A DNA stretch of 64,000 bases from Tubiluchus corallicola (lineage: Eukaryota; Animalia; Priapulida): positions 372,001 to 436,000 of the forward strand of contig JAQGDQ010000062.1 in the NCBI GenBank assembly GCA_030141605.1, read 5' to 3'. Both the position numbers and the translations under genes were made by a program. The notes under the pieces were generated by a model. That model did not search any database and was not told the origin of the DNA. It worked only from the letters and a program-made list of their open reading frames with translations. Of the stretch, positions 1 through 27,182 are shown piece by piece; within the stretch, counting starts at the first letter, position 1, and every line of letters begins with the position of its first letter.

Positions 1-125
<125 letters not shown>

Positions 126-614
126 AAAGTTCAAAAGTTTGCATCGTCAATTGTTCAATCGCTCGTTATATTAAGAAAATTACGTAATTAATGTGTAGTT
201 GTAATACACCGGGTAATATGTTTGTCTTTAATACGCACCACTTCCTACGAGCATGTGTACTGAGCTGTTTTTGTGATTAAAACATATCAATATGTTCATC
301 CTTACATCAAAAATACGCAACTGTAATATCTAACACCTAATTCAAATTCTGCACAAAAGTTTTATTAGGAGTCTGCAATTTTTAAGAACAACAACGAGGA
401 CGTTAACAAATACTGCAACAGCAACAGCAACCACTGACGACACTGCAGTCATCAACCACCGCTGACAAAATCGCCGCCAACGCCAATACCAGGCCGGCTA
501 TCACCCTGTCAACGCCAAAAAACAACAAACACACAAGACAAAGGGCTAGATTACGTAGGCAGTTTGCTCTCTGCACAATCTTGCCCCAGACTTAGTATAA
601 GAGTTAGTACTTAC

Positions 615-1000
615 TAATTTACATCTGGTTTCTCCAAATAGTATAAACGCGTTATCAAGGCAAACATGGTCAACACAAACATTGAAACCATCCTTAAACA
701 GTATTCATTCTTCTCTTGTATGTTACGGCCCTTCAAATCGTCCTGTTTTTCGCATCTTTCCTTTTCTTCTACAAAGTTGGTAAATTTTTGTTTGTTCGAT
801 TCATCTGGTTCAGTCGCGTGTCCTTGTTCTTCGTGACACATTTGTTTAAGAATTCCATTCAATTCTTCTTTACTGTTACGTTGTTCGTCCATCTGGCAGT
901 TCCCTTCACGTTGGTATTCACCTTTTATACGTCCGTTAATGTCTTCAGACGTAAGCAAATCCTCTTCACTTTCTTTTTCGTTTTTGTCTTTCTTATCCAT
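615..1000 (-). CDS. Protein O-mannosyltransferase (POMT1/POMT2 family), first coding exon; gene continues beyond the left edge
   Basis: Charged N-terminus, then a TM helix and 'FALITRLYYLEKPDVN(Y)', matching the PMT-family 'TRxxxLxxPxxxx(F/W)DE' segment. Phase-2 donor TA|GTAAGT at 614-609 falls just before the expected DE motif. Acceptor TTTAG at 1043-1044. POMT1 versus POMT2 is not resolvable here. Confidence 0.75.
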
Positions 1001-1403
1001 GATATTTTCTAGTTTACGTCTGCTGATCTGTTCTGCATGTTTCTAAAGGCAATAAAACACGAAATCAATGTTCGATGTTTCAAATGACTCAATGTTTCAA
1101 ATCAAGTGCTTGGGAACAAAAGGGGTCCTTAAAAATTTAAAGATATATCGTTTGTCTACGTGAAAAACCTAAAAATATTAAAACATCCATAGTAATCGCG
1201 ATTACGATCGATAATGGTTAAACAAATGACAAAGGCGATATCATGCCATTATAAAACTTAATGAAATCATTTTGATGCAAATTTTTGGGGGATTTTATTT
1301 TTTTATTTCAATATAGATGATAATTATCTAACCGTCAATTATTGGGGTACAACAGTAACAGCATTTAAAACAGATTTAATCTTATTCACTAAACTTGACT
1401 TAC

Positions 1404-1500
1404 CTTGCGGACAGTTTTTTACGAAGGATCTAACTGAATCAGAAACGAACAAGTGAATCACGACGAATAATAGAACCAGGTTTTGCCTTCTCTTTTATTT
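1404..1500 (-). other. Probable non-coding 5' UTR exon of the POMT gene (5' limit approximate)
   Basis: Consensus donor AAG|GTAAGT at 1403-1398 pairs with the acceptor at 1043-1044. An in-frame stop lies just upstream of the donor. Confidence 0.45.
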
Positions 1501-2559
1501 ATTTCTGTAGGGTGTACGGTTTTCGTACATTAAACTATATCACAATTAACTTTTAAAGGAGGGAGACCTACACTGAACTCGTCAACTATGAAGACATTAG
1601 CAATCTGCCGTGTACATTGTAAAAGTGCAATGACATCAGTGGAAAGGTATCGGTATTCCTTCCAGGTAATAAACATTTAAACAGCGAATTTGCCAAACCT
1701 GCGTGTTCTGCGTTAGCCTACAGCTATTTCGTGTCAAACTAATCCCATAATGTGAAACATTTCATACACAATGCAGCAACGTTTTGTAGCAGCCTGTCTG
1801 ACAGAATTTCTGCAATTCTATTTTAAGTTATCCTTAATTTTCTTTATACAAACAGCATTTGACCACACTTGCTCCTTTCATTGATAATATTATTATAACA
1901 TTATTTTATATATATATATGTATTATGTTCATGATCCTTTGCGATCTGTCTTGAAGCAGTATTAGCAACTGACTTCAAACAGCATTCGAATAACCGCTGA
2001 TAATCTACATCATACAGATGAAACATATGCATGCTATATTCAATTTCCCAATTTAAGTAATTAATTATAATTTTAATAATTTTTGTCAAGACTATATTGA
2101 TGATGATGCGAAATTCATAATTGATTTAATGTTGAAACGTAACTGAAAACCTGAAAAAGTGAAAAAGTTGGAGCGTATTTCCTGTTTTTCACATTTAATT
2201 TCAAAATTCAATAAATTGTGGGTTAGTACCATCACTGCTAACATAATACGTAAATATTTGGTCTATTTCTGCTTAAACTGATCCAAACTGCATCAGAATC
2301 ATTGTATAACTAGAAATTTGCTATGGACTTGGTATAGATAAAACTACTTTGCAGAAGCAGAGGTGTACTAATAACCCTGTCGCAAAGGAAATTTGAACTA
2401 ATTGCAAAACACGAATGCGAGGGTTTTCAGTAGAGAAGAGTCTCGTGACAACCCATTAAAGTACACATTATTCTTTTGTAGATGTATTCTCACCTCAGAA
2501 AGTCTGGAGTTGAAGATTCTCTTGAAAGGTGAAGCATAAGACACTGGTGAGACGGTCTA

Positions 2560-3330
2560 GGAGCTCATCAGAGGGAAAGTTGTGCATACAGAGGAAAACA
2601 ACAAATATATGTGATTGCAAGAGACAATGTGGTGCAGCTTTTGCTGATGCTGTTTTTCCCTTCCATGTAAATACTGGCGAAGATGCTGTCTCTTGTCTGT
2701 ACGGTCATGTAAATTAGTTTTTACGGAATTAGAGGAAGTTGGAAAATTGCTTGGAAATTGCAAGGACTTGGAAAATGACACCCAGAAACAGCAGACAACA
2801 CAATCCGACATGGAAAAGTTAACGATTTGATACATGTATGTACGTAGTTTAATGATTAAATCAAAATACATGTGTATATGATCAATAGGTAAATGGCACA
2901 AACGATACATTAGAGATTTTAGTCCAAATGTCGCTGTACGCACATTTTCAGCTCAAGGTTACAGCATTAAAAACAGTGTTATGCATGCAAAGTCGCATTT
3001 AAATTCTTTTAGCGAACTTGTTTATACAAGGATAAGAAGAGCAAAACACTTGCTGAAGCTCTAGCAAATGAATGGGAAGTGAAGAAATCACCTGAACGTG
3101 ACCAAAGCTAACTACCTTCAAAATCTTAAACTTTGTGAATCCATATGTCCACTCCATCACAACTACAACATGGTTGGTATAAGAGGGGGAAGTGTGCACC
3201 TATTACCCTGCATACAGCCAGCTCTTCCAAATGTCTTAGCAACACAAACCTTACAATGGCTGGTTGTATTCAAAAGTCTGACACCGATTCGGATGCTAGT
3301 AATATTTTAAAAGCTTATGAACAAGAAAAT
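2560..3330 (+). mobile_element. Decayed DNA-transposon ORF relic with XPG/H3TH-like motif (Academ-like)
   Basis: FHVNTGEDAVSCLYGH (from 2661) resembles (L/F)HxxTGCDxxSxFxG. It is followed in order by KANY (~3104) and PSQLQHGWYKRGKCAPI (~3154-3204), across stops and frameshifts. Confidence 0.5.
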
Positions 3331-4659
3331 ACACTAATTTTTGCAAGCATCACAATGAAGTGCTACAATTCTGTAATATTCTGTAAGCTCGGCTCCGTCA
3401 TTATCGTATTTTTTTATTGACACTGAATGAAAATTTGTTATTGTTTGTGAATCGTTTCTAACCTTTGTATAATGTTGCTGTTTTTTTGAAAATTAGAAAA
3501 TTTTGGACTATGAAATGTTTTAATTCTGCTATTAATTGCACAACTATGGAACCTTCCCATAATGGTAACCTTTTTTCAGTTGAATTCGCTAAGTTAAAAA
3601 ACACGTGATTAGAGACAAAATTGCCATCCATTTTTAATCCAAATCGAGTAATCCTAACAGTGTTAGTAAAGCTAACCGAAAGTGCGTTGACATTACGATA
3701 TTTGCGGTCACAGTGGTTTAACGAAAGGTCAAACTATATATTTTTTATTCACTATGACAAGACGAGTAATTTCATATCCACTACCTAGAAATCAAATGCC
3801 CCTTTTGTGGATTAGCTCAATAGTCCAAATCCATGTATAATCAATTCATCTACGTAAAATATAGTTGTTGAGTTGAGTTGTACCATAGCAATAAAGAAAT
3901 TTTAGTTTTGCAAATTGCTTAATATGTCTTGGGGATGATTTTGCTATAGATCTATACATCTACAGCATCCATTTTACTAGCCTTGACCATTTTCGAAATT
4001 CGACCCTCTAATGACCCTAGTTTGGTCCCATTTTGACGCACCCGAAAATTGCTGACATTCTGAGCATGGTTGCCCAAGTTAATTCGTTTATTAGGTAACC
4101 ATTAGCTAATCCAAAAAGCTTTGAAATATTTGTTCTAGGGAAAGTTTCACGAACATTAAGATTTTTTCCCCTCCTAAATAAAGTGCGAACATTCCAAGAA
4201 AGTTTTAATAGTGTTCTGCAGTCTAATGTTGGATTGCATATAAACTGAAAGACTATTGAATATTTTTGAAGATGAGCCAATGGGTTGCTGAATTTTTTTT
4301 AATCACATTGTGGATTATTTTTGTTAACCAGATTATAAATTCTTACTGAAAGGAGTGGATTGGTATTACAATTTTGGGTTTGCATGGCCACCTGTACCGC
4401 AATAAAATCCTTGACATAGGCTCAACTAAAAGTTGAATTAGCATATTTTCAATAATAATTTCTGCTATGATAAACTCGAGGCACATAGCGTGATTCTTAA
4501 CACGGGAATTATTGTAATCGCTTATTACTACAAAATCTTGAGAAAACAGTTTTAGTCGTTTCTCTAGGGCAGTTGTTAAGCTATTACAGCAAAGCACAAA
4601 GTCGGAGAAAAGCTTGGCGTTTATGATGAAATTTGGCAACTTCTACTACTGTTCCTCAA

Positions 4660-13831
<9,172 letters not shown>

Positions 13832-14814
13832 ATGCTAATAAACAAATTGTTTTTCTCATAGTGCAACGTTATAATTACGCGTATTACTTAATATAGTTAC
13901 GCAATAAATAGAATCACCAATTTTAGTTGTATAGTAATACATGTCACTGAGACTAGGTAAATAACAAATCCAGAACATGGCTTAGCCAAAAATCATTTAC
14001 AACAGAAACAGCAAAATGTGTTAGTTTACTTGACTTTTCCTTTACTTGACTTTACCTTTACTTGAAAAGGATAAAGTAAAGTACTCCTACACTCTATCTT
14101 CAACTATTCCGTGTTGCTCGTCTTTATTTACTAAGATAGAACGTAGACTTCATGCTGTTTCAACAATAAAAAAGAAGACGGATATTAAAGAAGCCATCAA
14201 TGCTTTCATGAAAACTAGGTCACATAATTGGTTTCCTAGCCGGCAGGTAAAAGGTGTCTGATTTCTGTTCCAATGATATTACGACTGCCATTCACATGCA
14301 TAAAATAGCACCACTAATTGAATATAAGCAAATGTCGCATATATTCGATTTTTGATCGATTTTTTATTGTTTTTTAAAGTGAAAAAAACCGAGGTGAAGA
14401 ACCGGAGCACTGAAATTGCATAAATTCCTTGATTCAAAGTAATCTATTTTCAAAATTGTACGATTGAAGACATTTTAGTGAAATGAAGTATTGATGTTTC
14501 CTACATGGTTGTGTTTACACCTGATACAAAGAGAATGCAATAACGCCGGGTCAAAATGTGCACATAATTATTAATGGTCACATTTTATGGTATACGAACC
14601 TATTGGTATGATTACCATTACGCCACACTAGGCCTTACTGCATTTACAAGCCTACGGGGCTTGCTGTATATTAATAAATTAGCGAACGTTAATTGTTACA
14701 TGACTAGAATTTAAAAGACATGTTATAGATAGCAGTTATATGTTCATATCTTATACGTGGACTATCCTAGACAAGAAGAATCCCGGAGATAGTATAATGA
14801 GGGTTAACAACACC

Positions 14815-15051
14815 CAGGGCCTATTTCAAGGGGGGGAAGTGAGGATACTTCCCCGGGGCCTCACCCTCCAGGGGGGCCTCGCGCCGAGGTAACATTATTT
14901 TTTTTGCTTTATGCGAACATACTGTATAACTCCATATTTTCTCTTCGAAAATGCTTCTCCGGCGTTCTAGCAGTTATAAAATTTTCTGGGCGCCAAGGAG
15001 GCCTCACACACCCCACTTCTCCGGGCCTCGCTTAGGCTGAAATAGGCCCTG
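14815..15051. mobile_element. hAT-type MITE, 237 bp
   Basis: Perfect 14-bp TIR CAGGGCCTATTTCA / TGAAATAGGCCCTG; perfect 8-bp TSD ACAACACC at 14807-14814 and 15052-15059. Confidence 0.93.
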
Positions 15052-16439
15052 ACAACACCATACTAACTCAAAGGGAAACATTATATAGTTGAACAGAAGG
15101 GTCACTGGCGAGCCTATTCATCGTTGATTGTATGAAACGGTTAATCATGTAGGCCTAAAGATACTCTATTCATTGAGCATCCAGCTATCTATATAGAGAC
15201 CTATTTGCAAGGCAGGATCTAGGCAACCAATTTCTTAAGGTGAACAGAAACCAGTATCTCGATAAACGACACTTCGTATTTGTCGTCAGCAGAACTTGTT
15301 GGCTTTACATTCTGAATACACAGTTATACGATTCATTTGTACTCTTCACATATTTGATACCCTACTGTTTTTTGGCACCAAATTCATTTCTGTTGCTTGT
15401 AAAGTATGGACTACCTTGATATGTTTATGTAATATGCTAAATAATTACATTGTGCTTGGAAATACAACTATAAGGTGTAGTAGTACGGTCAGTACTAAAA
15501 TGGAAGACCCAAGCTCTTGTATCACTCAATGTACTTCCAAGCATCATTTTCGATCGTTAGGTGCGCGAAGGTTAAAATGAGAAAATAATGCTACCAAAAA
15601 TTGTTATCCCGGGCTAACGAGAGATGGCGCTATAAAACAGCACCCCACTTTACATCAATTTTGTCTAAGTAGACCTAGTCCCTTGTTTTGTCGATACTTC
15701 TTTAACAAAAATTTAACTGTATACCTATTTATCATCAAATGAAAATTTAATAAAAATATCCATCATGCGAGATGCACTGTTTTTATTTTTATGTGAAAGG
15801 GAAAAAAGAAAAAACAAAGGATCAATAACCTATTTTTAGATTTCTACGCATAGAAAATGACAAGATGAAATGCATTAAAAGCAAAAAATGTCTAAAAGTC
15901 TATCACAGTAGCGAGAACAGCAATTACAAGACAGGTAAGAAGTGATTTGTTACTTTGATTAATCCAATGTTTTAGTGATCTATTGCTTACTGAAACTTTG
16001 TGTGATTTTTTCCCATTAAATGACAAGAAATAACCTTTCATAAATGAAGCTTAAAATGCGTTTTGAAACTCTGTATTCATTGTTGATCTCTGCTGTGAAT
16101 GACTGAATGAAATCATCACAGAGATACAGATGGACCATCCTGGGGACTTCGATTGCTGTTTTTCTTCAATGTTCACTAAATGAAGTTGGTCAGTTTTGCA
16201 ACCGTGAAAAATTGGAAATTTGCTGAGATAGCGACTCTTGTAGTGATAGATATTATTGCATTCTGAAATTATACATGAAATTTTCACTCTACCATTCAAA
16301 ATTAAGTGCCTTTTTTCACGTTCTCGGTATGAGTGACTAAATGTTATCATGTAACAACATGGAAACATTCAGGTGTTTCATCTAAAGGACTACTATTGAT
16401 AACAAAGTAGGTGTGGTCCCGCCGTAGGATCTAGGTTAA

Positions 16440-16671
16440 GTAAGCCCCGCTTTCAATTTTGGATCTAGGCTTGCAAAACGTTGGCTGTAGATATAAAATG
16501 TGATCCTCAAAGTCCGCAAATTCGATGCTCGTCAAACAATTTCAAGACGTTTCATTAAATTTTTTTGACGTGCAGAAAATTTGCGGACCTTGAGAGATGG
16601 ACAATATCACAATTTATATCTACAGTCAACATTTTGCCAGCCAACATCCAAAATTCGAAAACGGGGCTTAC
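16440..16671. mobile_element. Foldback (palindromic) MITE, unclassified
   Basis: Imperfect inverted arms of about 105 bp (GTAAGCCCCGCTTTCAATTTTGGAT... / ...ATCCAAAATTCGAAAACGGGGCTTAC) around a ~14-nt loop; flanks TTAA / TCAA. Confidence 0.8.
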
Positions 16672-17332
16672 TCAAAGTAGAATATGTGACAGAACCAAAC
16701 CTGCTTTGTTATCAGTAGTAGTCCTCTCGGTGTGGTTGCTTTTTCCTTTGTAATCGGAATTGATTTTTCTCTAACTGTTGTTTACCAGTTAAAATAAGAC
16801 CTAATAAAAGCTACAGCAAAACAAAATGAAAACCACATTGCGATCGAAGAAACAATTTATTTACACTGTACAGTCATGTTATATACAAATCTATATCAAG
16901 CTATAATCAACTTTCCTATAATGTCATACTAATATAAATTTTATAAAACAATATATCACCTGCATCTGAAAAAGGTTAGTCAGCTAGTTAGTGGAAACCA
17001 TAACCAGTAATCCTAACTTTTAGATAGGGGTATATTTCGTTTCCCGTTTAGCACGATATCAACAACGAAAAGGACGCCATTTCTTATTTGCTGCAAGATT
17101 ACTTAGATTTCATAAGCGTTTTGCTTGTTCCCTTTATGTAGAAATAAAATTTGCTTGTGTTTTAGAAAAAAACTATTAATTGACATGACTTTGGTTATGA
17201 ACGCGTATCAAAAAATTAGCTATGTGATATGTTTGTTGAGATGGCAGCTATTGAACTGCATTTACACAATAATTTTTGCAAAAAGGATGCCAAAAATGCA
17301 AAAACACAAGTAAAGCGGAAACATTGGGCATG

Positions 17333-23249
<5,917 letters not shown>

Positions 23250-23326
23250 TGTGCTGATCCTACGAGGACAGAAAAAGAGAGACGAAGTTACACCGGAGAA
23301 GGAGAGGGAAATGGGTGTGACACGTC

Positions 23327-23334
23327 CTTTTATA
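23327..23334 (-). promoter_or_regulatory. TATA box of the globin gene
   Basis: Minus strand reads TATAAAAG, upstream of predicted exon 1. Confidence 0.55.
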
Positions 23335-24134
23335 TGACAATCAGCTGCTAAGCAAAACTAGTTCCAGGTAGGTGTAAAAGTAAAAGCCAGAGGCGCTAAG
23401 TGCAGGGTAACATAAATTCTCTACTAATGTCCTCAAATTTAAAAAGGCGTGGCTGGTGTGACCTTCATCCTGTTACTTGATCGTTTTCGTTTTCCCTTTA
23501 TTTGCGATTTCCAAGTCGTGTGTTGCTGCTGATTGCTGAAATTTGCACCATTATACATAAAATATTGACAAGTACAGAATCTCATGGCTCTTTCATTGGT
23601 GTTTTCTAAAGGCAGATTGTTCCTTTTTGATTTTGCTAAATATACATAACAAATTTCTACAAGTTTAAAAACAAAAACATACCAAAAACAAGAATAAAAG
23701 ATGAGCCCTATTAAAACACCAGCCAGGATTATCGCTCTGACAGCTGCTCCCCTCCCACTTGTCTGTTCTGGGCTTTAGTTCATCGCTTCCAGAAAGCGCC
23801 TGTGTTGACACAGAAAATATATTTTGATAAAAGTATAAAATCTACTCATTGCGTAAGCTTTTACAAATAGTAATTCTGCTGTCGTGGCCTAATGGCACTG
23901 TGTGTTAGCGTTGCCCCTCTGCCTGAACTTCGTAATAATCATTTCATTAATTTTACCGTCGCATTACTTTCTCTTAACTTAACGGGAGTAATACACATAG
24001 CTTTGTAATGCTCTTTTGGCACTTACGGTTACTACGCATGCGAAGTTCTCGGGCGTTTTTACCTGCGTGAATCAAGTTGTATGCAACGTGTGGGTGGTTT
24101 CACTGATACCTGATGAAGCCACAAATGTTGTATT

Positions 24135-24164
24135 TATAAAGCCGCTGCAAGACACGTCTTCAGT
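24135..24164 (+). promoter_or_regulatory. TATA box plus initiator of the prepropeptide gene
   Basis: TATAAA at 24135-24140 and TCAGT at 24160-24164, near-canonical spacing, upstream of ATG 24236. Confidence 0.6.
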
Positions 24165-24235
24165 ATTTTCTACTGATGGGCACGTCTCTATTTAAACGTA
24201 AAGAATATTAAGGTTTGTTTAAATCAAACGTTGCG

Positions 24236-24496
24236 ATGAAAAACAGGAAGCAGTGTTGCGTATTTTACAGTCACGCGTTTTTATTTTTAATCTGTATTTT
24301 TCTTCTCATGGAAGTCACAACCGCTAGAATGTTTTTCTCTGTCGGCTGGGGTCCGGCGGGATCTAAAAAGAACTATGCGACTCAACAAAGAGAAAAAGAA
24401 CGATTATTACAGTGGAAAAAATTACTGGATAAAAACCTTAATTCTAAAAGAGGATTTGCGAGATCTTTTGGTTCTCACGACAGCCATGAAAGAGAG
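24236..24496 (+). CDS. Secreted neuropeptide/hormone precursor, exon 1 (signal peptide + RMFFSVGWGPAG peptide)
   Basis: Basic N-region, hydrophobic core AFLFLICIFLL and a T-T-A cleavage site; then a short aromatic/Gly peptide, KK, KK and KR sites; donor GAG|GTAATG in phase 0. Confidence 0.78.
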
Positions 24497-25014
24497 GTAA
24501 TGTAGATATTGAACTATACTTAAATACTTATTGTTCCCAGCACTTGTAATTCTAACTTTGGAGAATGGTTGCAATGAAAACAAGTTACCCAAAATATAAA
24601 ACAATCGTTCAGCAGTTTCATTCACACATTCCGACGTGTGACGTGTGGAAATTCGCCTAACTACTCGTGTAGTAAGCTACTAAAATCAAGCAGTAGTTAC
24701 CTACATTACTGACTATCCCATTCAAATATAATATCTACTTGAATTTTCCAACGACCTGCTGAACTTAAGCACTCGCGCTGTAAAAACTACTCAAGCAAGG
24801 ATCAAATATTTTAAAACGATGCTTATATACAAAAAGGGTGTTTGAACAGACGAAAAAGCCTTCATATGCTAAAAAACATTCAAAGTTACTGCATGTTGAC
24901 TCACTGAAATCAAGTACTGATGTTGTAATCTACCAAAACAGAACAGTAAAGCAACGAAACGAACTGATTCGCACTGATAAGCTGTTTGAATTATTGAAAT
25001 GCATTGCCTGAATT

Positions 25015-25200
25015 AGAGAGCTGGTACAATCTAGCGGTAACACCTCCGTTTTCCGTTTGAGAGGTCTGTGAGTTCGGTACCGCGATCGGATCATACGGAA
25101 GACCTTAAAAATGGAACCTGCTAATGTTCTACTGGCTCGTAGCATGTAGGATAAAAGTGGGGCAGTAACGTTAGTTTAGAATTGTTATTTGCAGTCGACG
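25015..25200 (+). mobile_element. tRNA-derived SINE (possible MetaSINE-type core) in the prepropeptide intron
   Basis: A-box-like TGGTACAATCTAGCGGTA and B-box-like GAGTTCGGTACC, then GGATCATACGGAAGACCTTAAAAATGGAACCTGCT resembling a conserved SINE central domain (from recall, not searched). Confidence 0.6.
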
Positions 25201-25895
25201 AAAAGCTGTATGAACTTTTATATTACTTGTTAATCCAAAAGCCGACTTTAAATAAAGATTATTGTTACCAGAAGCTTCTCACTATGAACAATAAACTCTA
25301 CAGAGTCGGCAGATAAATCGTAGAAAGTCACGGGTGAAAGCTGCAAAACTTAGCAGTAAACTGTTGAAAGTTAGCCATATCTGAAGTTAGTAATGTTTCT
25401 TGTATGGCGATCTTTCTTGTAACTTTATTTTCCCACAATCAAAAAAAAATTACGAATTTTATACTAAAAGCGAATAATGGAATTGTAATGCTTAAATTGA
25501 GCAGCAAACAAATGAAAAATGGTTAGATCTGTATCAGGCTGGTTGAAACTAGTAAACTGCAACGTGTCAAGTGAACGCAGAGGAACTTTAATCAGTAATA
25601 GTGTTAAACGTTAATCAGACTAAGAAGTGACTCAAACTTTTCAGCGAAATTGACTAAAAATTGAAAAGTTGATTACGCACAATACATTGTTTAAATTTTA
25701 GACTAAATTAACTGCAATAAAACAGTAGTCTCTGGATTTAATTAACACATAGTCCCACAGTGAAGTAAAAAGTAATTACACAGCTGAGGAAAAAATAAGA
25801 AAAAATAACAAAAATGGCAAAAAACGTTATTATATATACGGCAGAATATATACACGCTAAGCAAGGCACTAACTTTAGAAAGCTTTACTCTACAG

Positions 25896-25976
25896 TTTAC
25901 AGATATGACTACCAGTGAAGCACTGAAGCAAAGAAGAACTAGAATTCTTGCAAAACGTCGGCAAAACGCAAACTAA
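25896..25976 (+). CDS. Prepropeptide exon 2
   Basis: Branch-point-like ACTAAC at 25868-25873, acceptor CTCTACAG, phase 0 FTDMTTSEALKQRRTRILAKRRQNAN*; AATAAA overlaps the stop (25976-25981). Confidence 0.6.
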   Translation, partial: FTDMTTSEALKQRRTRILAKRRQNAN

Positions 25977-27182
25977 ATAAAGTTAGTATATTTTCATATA
26001 ATATAATGTCGAGTCAGCAATAACAAATCAACAGATAACTGCTAATCGACGCGTCTGTTTAACAAATCCTAGAGATTGTTAGCATTAACACCTTGCCTGA
26101 CTGCCCAAGACGTCAACAAGTGATACGTGCTTACGCGAAGTTTCCATAAAGATTTAAATAGATTTATCTTGTGCATCGTGGCAGCCTTTATTATTATAGC
26201 ATGTCATCTTACTTATCACGTCATTTGCATCTTCCTTTATCTCGTAGCAGTACAAAGATTACAAGCTGATCGTCTTTGAAAAGGTCATTCTGGGCATGCG
26301 TGCAAGTTACAAATATTCTGCAATACCCACAATCTCACGGAAAGAAGCACACGGACTGGTACTTTCCCATGGACAGTTGATGTGTCGGCCGTTCACAAAT
26401 CAGAAAAGTGATTTTGACGTTATCTAATGTCTTTAAATCTCCAACCCACTTTCCATGCAGATCGTATTCAACTGTTTAGACTAGTTTAGTTTTAAACTGT
26501 TCAGCGTGGTTTTAATGCATTGATAACAGTCTTTTATTTTTATTATTGTTTTTTTATTTTAATTAATTGTGAATATGTACGTCAAGAAATTATGTTACAA
26601 TGTTTCTTGTTGCTGTTCTAGTTATCCGATTGAAATTATGAATTGTGCAAGTCATGGTACCGCTGCTGGATAGGTACCATTATAACGTTTTAACTATCTT
26701 ATTGTAATTGTAAAAATGTAACGTACGTGTATTAAAAAATATAAATTCCAGTTCCTGCCCGCACAATCTTTGCATTACGTTTTCTTCCTTTTTCACTGCC
26801 TACTTCTGATTTTGTCTGCAAGCTTACGTTTCAAATGTCACATGTTTTAAAGTCAGTAACATCTTCTCTAATACGTCTTATTCACACCCTCTCAGACTAC
26901 AATAGCATGTCATCGATATAAAATAAAGAATCGTGCACACTCTGGTTAAATGTGTCTAACAAGGCTACTGGCTACGACACAGACAATTAATTTTTGAATT
27001 GATTCTTTTTCAGAATTCCATTTTGGCTAATCTTTTGCGTCTTCTACATCACCCAGATGCAGGCGGGGACGGGATTTAACGCGCACATAAGACTGCCAAA
27101 TTTCAAAATTACTAATACAAAGCATTGGACGAAGATCAAATTGCTTGTGTTTTTCTTGTCTCTATTAAGTGTAATGTGAAAT

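Noticed and set aside
1588-1665. ATG..CAG|GTAATA segment as MMP first exon
   Set aside because: No hydrophobic signal core; 4660-4800 fits much better. It could still belong to a divergent non-coding transcript.
14046-15933. AG/GT-bounded open segments at ~14136-14246 and 15840-15933 as extra MMP (hemopexin) exons
   Set aside because: No hemopexin motif, and the MMP already has a stop plus polyA signal; the first may be a hAT transposase C-terminal scrap, but support is too weak.
26135-26180. Minus-strand MHKINLFKSLWKLR|GTAAGC as globin helix A, which would nest the peptide gene in a globin intron
   Set aside because: Helix A is clearly encoded by 20634-20771.
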